Below the pieces are notes generated by a model. That model saw nothing but the letters and a program-made list of their open reading frames with translations, did not search any database and was not told the origin of the DNA. Source: an uncultured cyanobacterium (GTDB lineage Bacteria; Cyanobacteriota; Cyanobacteriia; Cyanobacteriales; Nostocaceae). Taken from it: a stretch of DNA of 64,000 bases. The DNA is taken from positions 4,256,001 to 4,320,000 of the forward strand of contig OY970166.1 in NCBI GenBank assembly GCA_963706595.1, written 5' to 3'. The position numbers and the translations under genes are program-made. This document shows, piece after piece, positions 11,578-22,285 of this stretch. Position 1 is the first letter of the stretch. Each line of letters starts with the position of its first letter.

Positions 11578-11813
11578 TGTTATATCCTCGACAGTTTTGG
11601 GGTATTAAAAGAAGGCAGGATTTACGCTGTTCCCCAAATTTGAGAATGTGAATGAAATGCAAGATATCCTTTCTCGGTTGAGTGAGGTAGAAGAACCCCA
11701 CCCCCTCCCCGCAAGCGAGGAGGGGACTATGATAGACCTCTTATGTACGCCAAGAGAATAAACCTCCTCTCTCTGCGCCTCTGCGTCTTTGCGTGATAAT
11801 CAAGGCTAAATAA

Positions 11814-13532
11814 TTAACTTCTGAGTTGCTTCATTGACCAAATAATGGCATGAGCGCCTAGCATTTGAGAGTATATTTTTCCCTGATTATCGTGTATAAT
11901 AAAATCTGCGATCGCACTACTCGGAGTTTTCGCTTTTATTTCACAAGAAACATAAAATAGTTCGTTGTGTGGGGTAGGCGCAAATTGTTCAAATTTCTCT
12001 ACTTTTCCCGGTAAGCAACCTTCTTGATGAAAGTGTTGTGTCCAAATCCATAAGGCGTGCATACTCAAGTCTGTGGTATAAGGATTAACCCATCTTACGG
12101 GGAATTGTCCTTGTTTTTGAGCGCTGATTTCTGTCCACAAACATTCTGTGGTGATTTTTTCAGGCGTAATATTTAAAACTCTTTGAACTTCTTGAAATGA
12201 AGGTCCATGAAATAATGTAGCCCCACCATTTTGATAGAACTCTTTTCCTGTAGCAGTAATAATGTGATCTTGATTTAGATTGATAGATTCATAAGTAGGA
12301 ACATGAGGAATTATCCTATGCAGGTTGAGTTGAGCGCTAAAGTGATAATGGGTTTTTCCGGCTGGGTTTTTACTCCAGATTTTAGCTTTAACTACAATTT
12401 TTTCTGAGTTAATTTTCTCAACTTCTTCTATGTCTAGAATGTGTTCTTTGGCTAAGTTGTGATTGAAGGTAATTCCCTTTAAAACTTTGAAATCTGTGTA
12501 ATTGAATAATCGATAGCCGGGATACATTTCCTCACAGCAATTAATTATCCATGTCATTGCACAGGTAGCAGGTAATACTGGCGAACCAGCTATTGCATGG
12601 TCATATAAAAAGGGATTGGCTTCCAGTTTCATCTGGCGACGGATGCGATGATTTCGCAGTTGGGAATCTAACTCTATAGCTGGGGGAAGCAATGGACTAC
12701 CAATGACAACTTGTGCAGTATCATGATGGGACGGGTGCAATTCGTTGACTAACATTTGTGTACCCGCATCCACAGGAATAATATCAAATCCCCTTTCTGC
12801 AAGCGCTTTTTTCAGTTCTGGTGACACCATCCCACTATCCCAAGCGCCCCAGTTAATGGCGACTACGTGACAGTGAGGATGATTTTGCTTGATTAAATGG
12901 GCGGATTTGTTGAGAATTTCGTTAGCGATCGCATAATCAGATTGTCCAAGATTGCCGTAAAATCCAGTTACGGAGGAGAACAATACTAAATGCTGGAGTT
13001 GCTCAAGGTTCACGCAAGTTAGGAGATTTTCTAATCCCTGCACTTTAGCAGTGTAAACCTTTTCAAAATCCTGGTCTGTTTTCTTTTCAATCAGCTTATC
13101 AGCTAAATTTCCCGCCCCGTGAATAATCCCAGTGATTGCACCTACAGCCGCTAATTTTTGCTGTAAATCTGCAACATTGGTGACATCTACACTAATATAT
13201 TCGGCTTGAGCGCCTGTTTGTTGGATACTTGCTAAGGTTTTCTTAATTTCTCGACTGGAAACGATTTTGTTATATATCTTCAGTACACTCATAGGAGTTG
13301 GTTTTTCTCCTTGAGTCAGAAGATTCTCCATAATGCGTTTCTTTAAGGCTGGTTCCTCGATACAATCTTGAGCAAATGCTGGTTCAATTTCTAAAAGTTC
13401 GGAACGACCAAGGAGAATGAATTTACAAGGCTGGTGCTGGGCTATTTTAATCGTACATTGGGCTGTAATCCCTTTTGCACCACCACTTACAACAAAAACT
13501 GATGAAGGACGAATCTGTGTCTGTGTAGTCAT
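11814..13532 (-). CDS. hglG: HglG, ketoreductase plus dehydratase-like domain
   Basis: SGGAKGIT, IIHGAG, GQSDYAIANE, WGAWDSGMV; DHAIAGSPVLP dehydratase-type motif. Confidence 0.9.
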   Translation of the reverse strand: MTTQTQIRPSSVFVVSGGAKGITAQCTIKIAQHQPCKFILLGRSELLEIEPAFAQDCIEEPALKKRIMENLLTQGEKPTPMSVLKIYNKIVSSREIKKTLASIQQTGAQAEYISVDVTNVADLQQKLAAVGAITGIIHGAGNLADKLIEKKTDQDFEKVYTAKVQGLENLLTCVNLEQLQHLVLFSSVTGFYGNLGQSDYAIANEILNKSAHLIKQNHPHCHVVAINWGAWDSGMVSPELKKALAERGFDIIPVDAGTQMLVNELHPSHHDTAQVVIGSPLLPPAIELDSQLRNHRIRRQMKLEANPFLYDHAIAGSPVLPATCAMTWIINCCEEMYPGYRLFNYTDFKVLKGITFNHNLAKEHILDIEEVEKINSEKIVVKAKIWSKNPAGKTHYHFSAQLNLHRIIPHVPTYESINLNQDHIITATGKEFYQNGGATLFHGPSFQEVQRVLNITPEKITTECLWTEISAQKQGQFPVRWVNPYTTDLSMHALWIWTQHFHQEGCLPGKVEKFEQFAPTPHNELFYVSCEIKAKTPSSAIADFIIHDNQGKIYSQMLGAHAIIWSMKQLRS

Positions 13533-13747
13533 ATTTTTTTATGATTAAAGAGGAACGAACCACAGAGACGCAGAGTACACAGAGAGATTAGACTTAGTGT
13601 TCTTCCTTCTTTGCGTCTTTGCGCCTTTGCGTGAAACAAAAAATATTTCTGTAATGAAGAGGGAAATATAGAGTCCTATTTATCGAACCGCCAAGTCGCC
13701 AAGAGCGCCAAGGAATGATTTAGGACTGCTATATCTCCCTCATTCCC

Positions 13748-14464
13748 TTACTTCTCGAAAGAAGCAACTAAGGTTACGCGTCCTTGGGAACCGTAAGCAA
13801 CTTCGCTGATATAAAGATTGGGGTCGTGCATTTCAGCGATGATATATTCTGCTGACTGTTGGGGATTTATAGCTGGACTTAAGTCAATGGCGCGAGTAAA
13901 GACTTTTGGCCATTCCCATTTCAGAGTTTTGGTTAATCCAAATAATCCTGCACCAATGGCTCCAAAATTAATGTTATGTTCTAAGCCAAAAGCACCATCT
14001 AAACGGTTGACTGTTATGAAACAACTGCGTTCATAACGCGCTACTTCGTTGAGGGTTTGCTTGAGATGTTTGGCTATGAAGAAGACGTGCTTGACAATGG
14101 CTTTTTCTTGTTCTAAGTAAGCTGGGGTTTGATTTCCGGGAAATACTGGATGAATATGGATGAAAGCGCCAATGTTGCCGAAGTGAGTCGCGATCGCAGA
14201 TAATTTATGTTGAAGCAATTCTTCGGTCATATCTGCGAGGACTACGCGATTCACTCCGACTGGTAAGGGCGATTGTTGAGGAACGATAGATGGGGGGAAA
14301 CTTAAAACTACCACTTTCCCGCCGCGATCGCTTAAAGTTTGAGCTAATTTTGAGGTGGTGAGGGAACCATCGTCAGTAATTACACTCACGTGTCCCTCTG
14401 GTAAAGCGAAGTCTAAACTATCCGGTGGTGGGAGGAATTGCAGTTTAGCTGGTCGCCGTGTCAC
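13748..14464 (-). CDS. hglF: HglF, KR structural-subdomain-like protein; possibly the recoded C-terminus of HglE
   Basis: GLFGLTKTLKWEWP and RAIDL motifs as in the PfaA region before KR; between hglE and hglG; frame is open upstream to the A9 run at 14511-14519. Confidence 0.8.
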   Translation of the reverse strand: MTRRPAKLQFLPPPDSLDFALPEGHVSVITDDGSLTTSKLAQTLSDRGGKVVVLSFPPSIVPQQSPLPVGVNRVVLADMTEELLQHKLSAIATHFGNIGAFIHIHPVFPGNQTPAYLEQEKAIVKHVFFIAKHLKQTLNEVARYERSCFITVNRLDGAFGLEHNINFGAIGAGLFGLTKTLKWEWPKVFTRAIDLSPAINPQQSAEYIIAEMHDPNLYISEVAYGSQGRVTLVASFEK

Positions 14465-14472
14465 ACCGTCTA

Positions 14473-17400
14473 TTACCTGGACTGGCTGGTAACTAAACTC
14501 CTGCTGAGGCTTTTTTTTTCACCCCCAGCAGCTAGCTTCTGGAGATAATCAACTATTTGACCGATGGTGCGAAGGTCTCCCAGTTCTTCTATATTCGGCT
14601 GGGGTAAATTGGGGTATTTATCTTGCATCGCTCCCAATATTTCTACCCGTTTGATGGAGTCAATTCCTAAATCAGCCTCCATATCCATATCCATTTCTAG
14701 CATCTCTACTGGGTAGCCAGTCTTATCACTGGTGATGCTTAACAAGGTTTCACCCAAGTCTGCGTAATTATCGGTAGCTGCTATTTCTGGTTCTGTTTCT
14801 AATTCTGCGGGGAGGGGGGTAGAGACAACCGGGCTGGTCGTCTCTACGGGAATGGGGATCTCGTTGTCCCCTATGGGGATAAGGGACAAGGGGGATTGAG
14901 TCGATTCTAGCACGACTTCTGGAGTAGTAACAGCAGCACTGCCAGAAACTTGGGATTGCAGGTATTCTACAACTTGACCAATGGTGCGTTTTTCTGATAA
15001 TTCTTCTAAGTTTGGTTTGGGTAGGTCGGGGTACATATCCTGTAACGCGCCCAAGATTTCAACTCGTTTGATGGAGTCAATTCCTAAATCAGCCTCCATA
15101 TCCATATCCATCTCTAGCATCTCAACTGGGTAGCCAGTTTTATCGCTGGTGATGGCTAACAAGTTGTTACCCAATTCGGCTAAGTCAATATTAGAAGCAG
15201 CTACAGGTGCGGGGGGAATTTCGACTACTGGCGCTGGTGCTACTGCTACAGGTGCGGGTGGAATTTCTACTACTGGCGCTGGTGCTACTGCTACAGGTGC
15301 GGGTGGAATTTCTACTACTGGCGCTGGTGCTACTGCTACAGGTGCGGGGGGAATTTCTACTACTGGCGCTGGTGCTGTTTTTAACGACTGTCTTTGTGGG
15401 CTGAGTCGTTACCTGAGTCGAGATAATTTGAGAATATTCTTGTTGGATAAGTTGGAAAAACTTCTTGGCGTATTCTAACTGTTCTACAAGATATTGCTCA
15501 TGGATGCGGAGGGTTTCACCTTGTTGACTGTGAAACTGCATCATTCCTCGTTCTACACTTTCCTTGACAACTAGCTGAAGTTGTGCTGCTTCATCGTTAG
15601 ATTTGCTGTTAGCAAACACAGCGTTCTGTTGCTGCATCAATTGGAAAAACGCTTTGGTATATTCCATCTGATGTTGCAGATAAGTCCCGTGGACTTGCAG
15701 ATTTTCGGTTTGATTTTGCTGGAACTGTGTCAGCAGATATTCTAAACTCTCTAACGCCCGTTGGTAATTTACAGGTTTTTCTGGTGTTGGTTGCATTTTT
15801 GTCTCCTGGGCTATTGCAGTAGGAAGAATCACAGGATTCATTTGAGCCTGGGGTGCAGAATTAGTAGATTTATGTGAAAATTCGGGCAGACTATCTGGAG
15901 GATGGGCAACACGTCCATTGGTGGTATGTTCTTTCACTGCTGGAGTTGCTACTACTTCGGAAAATTCAGGTGCGGTAGTGACAGGTAAACTCACTTGATG
16001 TCCGTTCTGCAAAGCTTCAGTAAAAGCGTTCTTGGTTTTTTCGGAGACATAGTTCATGCCGTTTAAACGCACATTTAACGCCTTCTTCTTCTCTACTGGA
16101 GGTAGTGCAGGTTCTACTTGATAAGGATCGAGATTTTTCAAAGATAAGCCCACTACACGCAATTGTACAGCCGCTTCTCTCAGAGAGCGATCGCTGTTCT
16201 TTTGAGTGCTGGGGTTCAATGAGATGGTAAGATGTGGGCGATCGCCTAAAATATCTTTAACCAAGTTGGTCAAAATCCGTCGGGGACCAAATTCCACAAA
16301 GCAATAACCACCCGCAGCATAGATATTTTCGATTTCCTGTTTAAACATCACCGAATTAGACAGGTGAGTTTCCAGAATTTTTTGAATTGCTTGAGATTCT
16401 TGGGGGTAGGGTTTCCCTGTAACGTTGGTGAAGACAGGAATTTGAGGCTGATTGAATTTAACAGATTTAGTGGCGATCGCAAAGGATTTTTGAGCAAAAG
16501 CAATTAACGGCGTGTGGAAAGCAGCAGACACAGGTAACACCACCGCCGTACAACCTTGTTCCTGTAAAGCTTGTCTCACCTTCGCGATTTCTGCCGTCGG
16601 ACCAGCCAAGACAAATTGCGTCGGAGAATTAAAGTTAGCAATAGTCACCTGGGGAAAATTCCGCAGTACCACCGCAACCTTAGTCATATCTTCCTTCACC
16701 GCCAACATACTCCCAGCATCGTGGTCTGGGTCTTCTGGCGCAGCCATCGCTTGACCTCTAGACTTCACGAGAAACAAATAATCTGCTTCACTCAAAACCC
16801 CAGCAGCCCATAAAGCTGTCAATTCCCCAAAGCTGTGTCCCGCCACAAAATCTGATTTAAATCCCGCTTGTTGCAATATAGAATAAAGACCAGCGCTAAA
16901 TACCCCAATAGCAGGTTGAGCGTATTCTGTGCGTTGCAATGCAGCAATTTGGGCATTTTTTTCTGCTTCATCAAACACCGGATGAGGAAACACAATTTCT
17001 GAAACTGGCTGCAAATTATCTTTAAGTAACAAACTATCCATACAGCCATGTAAACGGCGCATAGTCGGGAAGTTCATCACCAATTCTCGCCCCATTTCCA
17101 GGTATTGCGAACCTTGTCCAGAAAACAGAGAAACAACCTTTCCGCCCAAAGCCATTCCAGAAGAACGGTAATAAATACCTTGGGGATGTTCCCAAGAAGC
17201 TGCGTTAGCTTTATTTCTCAGCCAGTCAATACTCACTTGCATAAACTTGCAGGCTTCTTGCAGATTCTCAGCCACAAACCCAACTCTAGCTGCAATTTGG
17301 GGAATCTCCAGCGATTGACATTCTTGAATTAAAGCCGCAAAGTGTCTGTCACCATCGGCTGACTGCAACTTACCCAGAGTTTCTTCACATTTACTCAAAA

Positions 17401-19015
17401 GTTGAGCCGGATTATTCGCAAATAGCAACACCTCACGGGCTGTACTGTGTAAACGGTAGGGAACGTTGTCTCCAGTTTCGTATTCTTCTAAAACAACGTG
17501 ATAATTTGTTCCACCGAAACCGAAAGAACTCACCCCAGCCCGTCTTGGTGCTTCACCTTCCGCCCGAATCCAAGGTCTGGTTTGGGTATTCAAATAAAAT
17601 GATGAATTCTTGATATCCAGTTTAGGATTTGGTTCAGTAATATTGATGGTTGCGGGTAAAACTTTGTGATGCAAAGCCAAAGCAGTTTTAATCAAACTTG
17701 CAGCCCCAGCAGCAGCTTTGGTATGTCCAATTTGAGATTTTACACTCCCCAAAGCGATATGCTGTCTTTGGGAATCATGTTTGCCAAAGTAATCTTTTAA
17801 AGAACCGAACTCAATCGGGTCTCCAGCCATTGTCCCAGTCCCGTGGGCTTCCATTAACCCCACAGTCGCAGGAGAAAAGTCAGCATCATCATAAGCACGT
17901 TCCAAAGCTTTGACTTGGCCTTCCTTGCGGGGAGCATAAATACTCTTGTAGCGACCATCGCTAGAAGTGCCAATCCCTTTAATCACGGCATAAATTTTAT
18001 CATTGTCCCGTTCCGCATCTTCCAAGCGTTTGAGGACATACATACAAACACCTTCACCCAGCAACATCCCATCAGATTTAGCATCGAAAGGTTTGGCGTT
18101 TTCACTGGGAGAAACGGCTGGGGTTTTGCTGAAAGAAATGTAAGCCATAATTGTGTTGTCAGTGTCAACACCACCGGTCAGCATCATATCAGCCCGATGT
18201 TCCACCAGTTCGCTAATAGCCATTTTCAAAGCACCAAAGGAACTAGCACAAGCCGCATCAACTACACAATTTGTGCCGCCAAAATTCAAGCGGTTGGCAA
18301 TTCTTCCAGCTACCACATTCGCCAACATCCCAGGGAAAGCATTTTCATCCCATTTGATATAGGCGCTTTTAATTTTTTCGATAATTTTTTGGGTATCTTC
18401 ATCAGAAATACCACTGCTTTTAAGTGCCTTTTCCCAAACAGGATACTCTAACCGAGCCGAAAGTGGCATTCCCAATTGCTTGGCCATCGCCACCCCTAAA
18501 ATGACCCCTATCTTTTCGCGACTAAATTCACGGGAGTCACCATAACCAGCATCTTCCATTGCTTCTTTAGCAATCACCAAACTTAATAGCTGGGAAATAT
18601 CTGTAACTTCCAAGATGCTGGGAGGAATGCCAAACTCCATGGGGTTAAAATCAATCTCTGGAATAAACCCACCTCTTTTACAGTAGGTTTTATCTTCAGG
18701 GGTTCTGGGGTTGGGGTCGTAATAATCTTCGACGCTCCAATGTGTGGAGGGGACATCAGTAATACAATCAATTTTATTAACGATATTTTGCCAGTATTCC
18801 CGTAAGTTTCTCGCTTGAGGTAAGAGAGAAGCCATCCCGACAATAGCTATGGGATTTTGTGCTAATTTTCTATTAATTTTGTTAACTGACATTACTGACA
18901 TAGGTGTTTCCTTGCTCAACTTCTTTTCCTCTATTGACCTAATCAAAGTTTTCTCAACACTTTTGATAAGGCTCTCTAACTCTGCCAAAGCCGTATCAAT
19001 TGAATAAGCAGACAT
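14473..19015 (-). CDS. hglE: HglE heterocyst glycolipid synthase (KS-AT-2xACP), broken by one +1 frameshift near 15378-15382
   Basis: KS DAACAS/HGTGT/GHTK; AT GHSFG and SAAFH; two ACPs LGIDSIKRVEI in ORF 14473-15174. Removing one A from GTTAAAAACAGCA joins the ORFs through an APAPVVEIPP linker. Confidence 0.9.
15200..15376. repeat. 45-bp coding tandem repeat (about 4 copies), HglE AT-ACP linker
   Basis: Units start at 15200, 15245, 15290 and 15335; minus strand encodes (APAPVVEIPPAPVAV)n. Confidence 0.92.
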
Positions 19016-19366
19016 AAGGCATATACTGTTCTTAAGTACTGTGGATTGTGATAGCTGGCGTGGCGATAGCTACAGTAATTCCTAATTCGTAATTCCTAAT
19101 TTGTAATTAAGAAGTCAGATTTCATCTGATTCGGGAGAACTGGTATAATGTCAAGCACCCAATAAATGAAGTCCACATTTTAATTTTATTAATCTTGTGG
19201 GGGAGGGCAAAGATGTCCGCCCTTGTGTACCTCATTTAGATGAAATATACTGTAACTGGTTGTTACTAAAGCAACCGCACACGATACATACTGTCTTTCC
19301 GCCCTCATTAATGGATGCTTTGAGCATTTCCAGGCACTTTCGGAATACAGCATTCGTGAAATAATC

Positions 19367-19645
19367 TTATACAGGACTCGACTCTTGATATTGAGGTAAT
19401 AGGTCAATCACGTTGTTGAAACTGGAAAAATAGTCTTGGAGTACGTTAGCTGCTTGACCAGTGAATTCCATCCATTCGTAATGGTAGAGATTTTCAGCGA
19501 TTGTATCCCACTGGATTAAGGGAAACTGAGGAGTAGCTACTAGGACAGAAACGCTTTTTTCTCCCAAACTAGTTTGAGTATCTAGCCTAACCGCAGCCAC
19601 GTAGCTGGTGTTAATGACAACGTTCTGTATCTTGATAAATGCCAT
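19367..19645 (-). CDS. Small hypothetical protein upstream of hglE
   Basis: 92-aa ATG ORF, protein-like composition, co-oriented with hglE. Confidence 0.65.
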   Translation of the reverse strand: MAFIKIQNVVINTSYVAAVRLDTQTSLGEKSVSVLVATPQFPLIQWDTIAENLYHYEWMEFTGQAANVLQDYFSSFNNVIDLLPQYQESSPV

Positions 19646-20340
19646 AGCCAGTTTCAGCGTCCAGGATAATTTAGTTTAAGCAATTTGACCCAGAAAAGTT
19701 GACAACTTCGTTACAGAAAAAACATTCCCTTTAATTCTGAAATCATGCACTTTTCTGAAGAAATACTCACACACTTATAGAATGATGCCAATGCGGTTAG
19801 GTTTAGTTTTGCTTTTTCAAATTTAAACAAAATAACTAATTTTCCTTGCCGCTTTGAAAGGGTTGAATTAATAAAAACAATAGCATGATTCACACAAACT
19901 AAATCATTTGTTTAAAGTAATTTTATAAATAAACTAGATTCTCCCTGGTAGCAATTTTCAAAAAGGCACGATCTACAAGTATAGTAAATAACTGAGTTGC
20001 TAGGCTGGTATTTTAGCTTAACTGCTTTCCTAGTCTTGATTTTTATGCCAGCACGCATATTTTGGTAATGCAGCTAAGATTTAATCAATACATCAAAAAC
20101 GTCCGGTTTTATCTAAGTTTATTTTTCAGCAGAACATCATAATTAAAGGGAATAATTCGATAATGTTTAAAGATAAAAGTACCTATAGAAAGCAATAGTA
20201 ATTTATAAAGCAAACATTAATTTAGAAGATAGTGCATAATAAACAAAACTCATTTGTGATGAATTGCCTAAACTTTGACCGCATTTAGCAATATCTGACA
20301 AAGCAGTTACAGATTAAGAAATAACTTTGTGAATCAAGGA

Positions 20341-20372
20341 ATTTTAGATTTTAGATTTTAGATTTTAGATTT
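20341..20372. repeat. STRR-type heptamer repeat (TTTTAGA)n
   Basis: About 4 tandem copies; same unit at 34726-34756. Confidence 0.8.
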
Positions 20373-20399
20373 TGGTGTGTCTGTAGTAAAAAATAGATA

Positions 20400-21731
20400 C
20401 TAAGACACCAAGCCGATTTTCTGCGGTAATTTACCAGTCCATTTCTGCCACCGCATGATTCCCCGATTCACCAATTGGGGATTTTCATCGCCAATAAAAC
20501 AGATTCGCCCCATTCTTTCGCAAGCAATGAGAATTTCACCGTTACCCATAAATGGAGCAATGACAAAATTATTCTGATGGGTATACAAATTAATTAAGTA
20601 GTTGACAATACCTTCTACGCCGTCAATATTAATTGGTGTCTGTGGCTGAGGTATTGATTGGTGAGAAAAAATGCCCACATAAAGATTACCTAGAACTAAT
20701 TCATATTGAAAAGGCATTTGGCTATGACGATAAAAATTATAAATATGACCCTCAGAACGCAGCACCGCCACCACCCGCGCTTCATCTATTAAGTAATTAT
20801 GCTCCCAAGTCTGAGAAAGGGTGGCGATCGCTAAAGCAGCATCTGACGGTAACAGGTTTCTAAATTTTGAACTAGCAGTATGATCACAATACACTAAATG
20901 CCGTCCCAGCATCCATTCTTCACCAATTTTAACACTCGGTTCATGAGTAGCGATCGCTGGTTCCGGCTGACGTTGCCCTTTTTTGTGCGCCAACTTAGCT
21001 TCCCGTTGCGCCATAGCACTTTTGTAAGCCAAAATCTGTAAATCTTTTTGCTTCGCCTTAGCTTCCAGCATCAATTGAGCTTGCCTTGCCGATTCTGCGG
21101 CATCTCCTCTCGCCTGGGCTAACTCCCAAGCCTTTTGAGACTCTTGGGCTAAAATCCGCTCTTTACTCCCAGCCCTAGCTATTTTCAGCAGTGCAGTCGG
21201 ACTATCAGCAACAGGCGAACCCTTAATGATTTCTTTCACCTCTGAGTGAATACTTTTAGCAATTTGCTTACCGTGCTGAAAGGTGCGTTCAGAGTAGCCA
21301 ACTTCTCTCGCCAACTCCACAGTCCGTTTTAACGGTGGTGAAATGATTTCACCACCTTTGGCTGTATATTGATTATCGCCAACCTTTGCCCTTAAACCCA
21401 TCCGCGCTAAAATCTCGTCTCGCTCCAACCACAATTCCGAACGCTCCAGTGGTTCCAACTCATTGCGAATCAAATTCTCATCAATTTCCGCCAACCGGGA
21501 TTGATCAGAATTTTCATAGTTCACAATATGACACTCAACAGCCTCTAGCCCCAAAAGTTTGCAAGCCGTCAAACGATGTAGCCCAGCAATCAAATTCAGC
21601 TTTTGATCCACCGTAATCGGATTTAACAAACCATTAGCCCGAATTGACTCCTTCAACTCATTCACCTTTTCGCCCTTAACCGGACGGCGATTCAGACCAA
21701 TCCGAATTTTATCTATGGACACTATAGGCAT
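20400..21731 (-). CDS. ParB/Srx N-terminal domain protein with degenerate DNA-methylase-like C-terminus
   Basis: SIRANGLLNPITV, LIAGLHRLTA and EIDENLIRNEL ParB motifs; C-terminal APFMGNGEILIACERMGR resembles the SAM-binding FxGxG motif. Confidence 0.8.
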   Translation of the reverse strand: MPIVSIDKIRIGLNRRPVKGEKVNELKESIRANGLLNPITVDQKLNLIAGLHRLTACKLLGLEAVECHIVNYENSDQSRLAEIDENLIRNELEPLERSELWLERDEILARMGLRAKVGDNQYTAKGGEIISPPLKRTVELAREVGYSERTFQHGKQIAKSIHSEVKEIIKGSPVADSPTALLKIARAGSKERILAQESQKAWELAQARGDAAESARQAQLMLEAKAKQKDLQILAYKSAMAQREAKLAHKKGQRQPEPAIATHEPSVKIGEEWMLGRHLVYCDHTASSKFRNLLPSDAALAIATLSQTWEHNYLIDEARVVAVLRSEGHIYNFYRHSQMPFQYELVLGNLYVGIFSHQSIPQPQTPINIDGVEGIVNYLINLYTHQNNFVIAPFMGNGEILIACERMGRICFIGDENPQLVNRGIMRWQKWTGKLPQKIGLVS

Positions 21732-22285
21732 AATTACTAAACTTGAGTGCAATCAGTCAAAGGTATATCTAAATATATTGCATCAATATACTCATTGGCG
21801 AGTCAATGAAGAAGCAGGGGAGAAGAGGAGAGGCGGTTGGGATTGACAAGATAGGCAATTTTTGCAATACTTATAAACGAGCTAAACCAAGTTTTGCCAG
21901 TTATTTTTCTCTTCGCTGCGAGCATCTGAAGATTTAGATTTTGATCCTAGCCAGATTGTATTTTACGCTACTTGATTCGGTGTCAAATTAGGATAAAACT
22001 AAGGAAGATTTGCAGTCACACCACCATTAAATCAGTGAACAGTGAACAAGGCTTATGGTGGGGGATATAAACCCAATTATGTCTCTTGACTGTTCACTGA
22101 TAACTGATAACTGATAACTGTACAGGCGTACAACAATTTATATAGAACTAATTAGACCTCTCAATTGGCAAAAAAGTAACACCAGAGAGAAAACCCTCTG
22201 GGTTAAATTGCGGATGAGTCTATTGCATTCAAATGATCTAGCCATTTTAGGCTGTTCCCTGGCATAGCACAATTGGAATAAAAAT

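Noticed and set aside
15149..15478. Plus-strand repetitive ORFs (TGAGGISTT; LLLALVLLLQVR) and the SSSTSASSRN tail of the hglE ORF
   Set aside because: These are antisense or out-of-frame readings of the 45-bp linker repeat.
7307..18843. Numerous short ORFs antisense to or nested in the hgl PKS genes
   Set aside because: Shadow ORFs of long coding genes with no independent support.
19711..19893. 60-aa ORF in the AT-rich region upstream of hglE
   Set aside because: No motif or RBS support; probably promoter DNA, though a small gene cannot be excluded.
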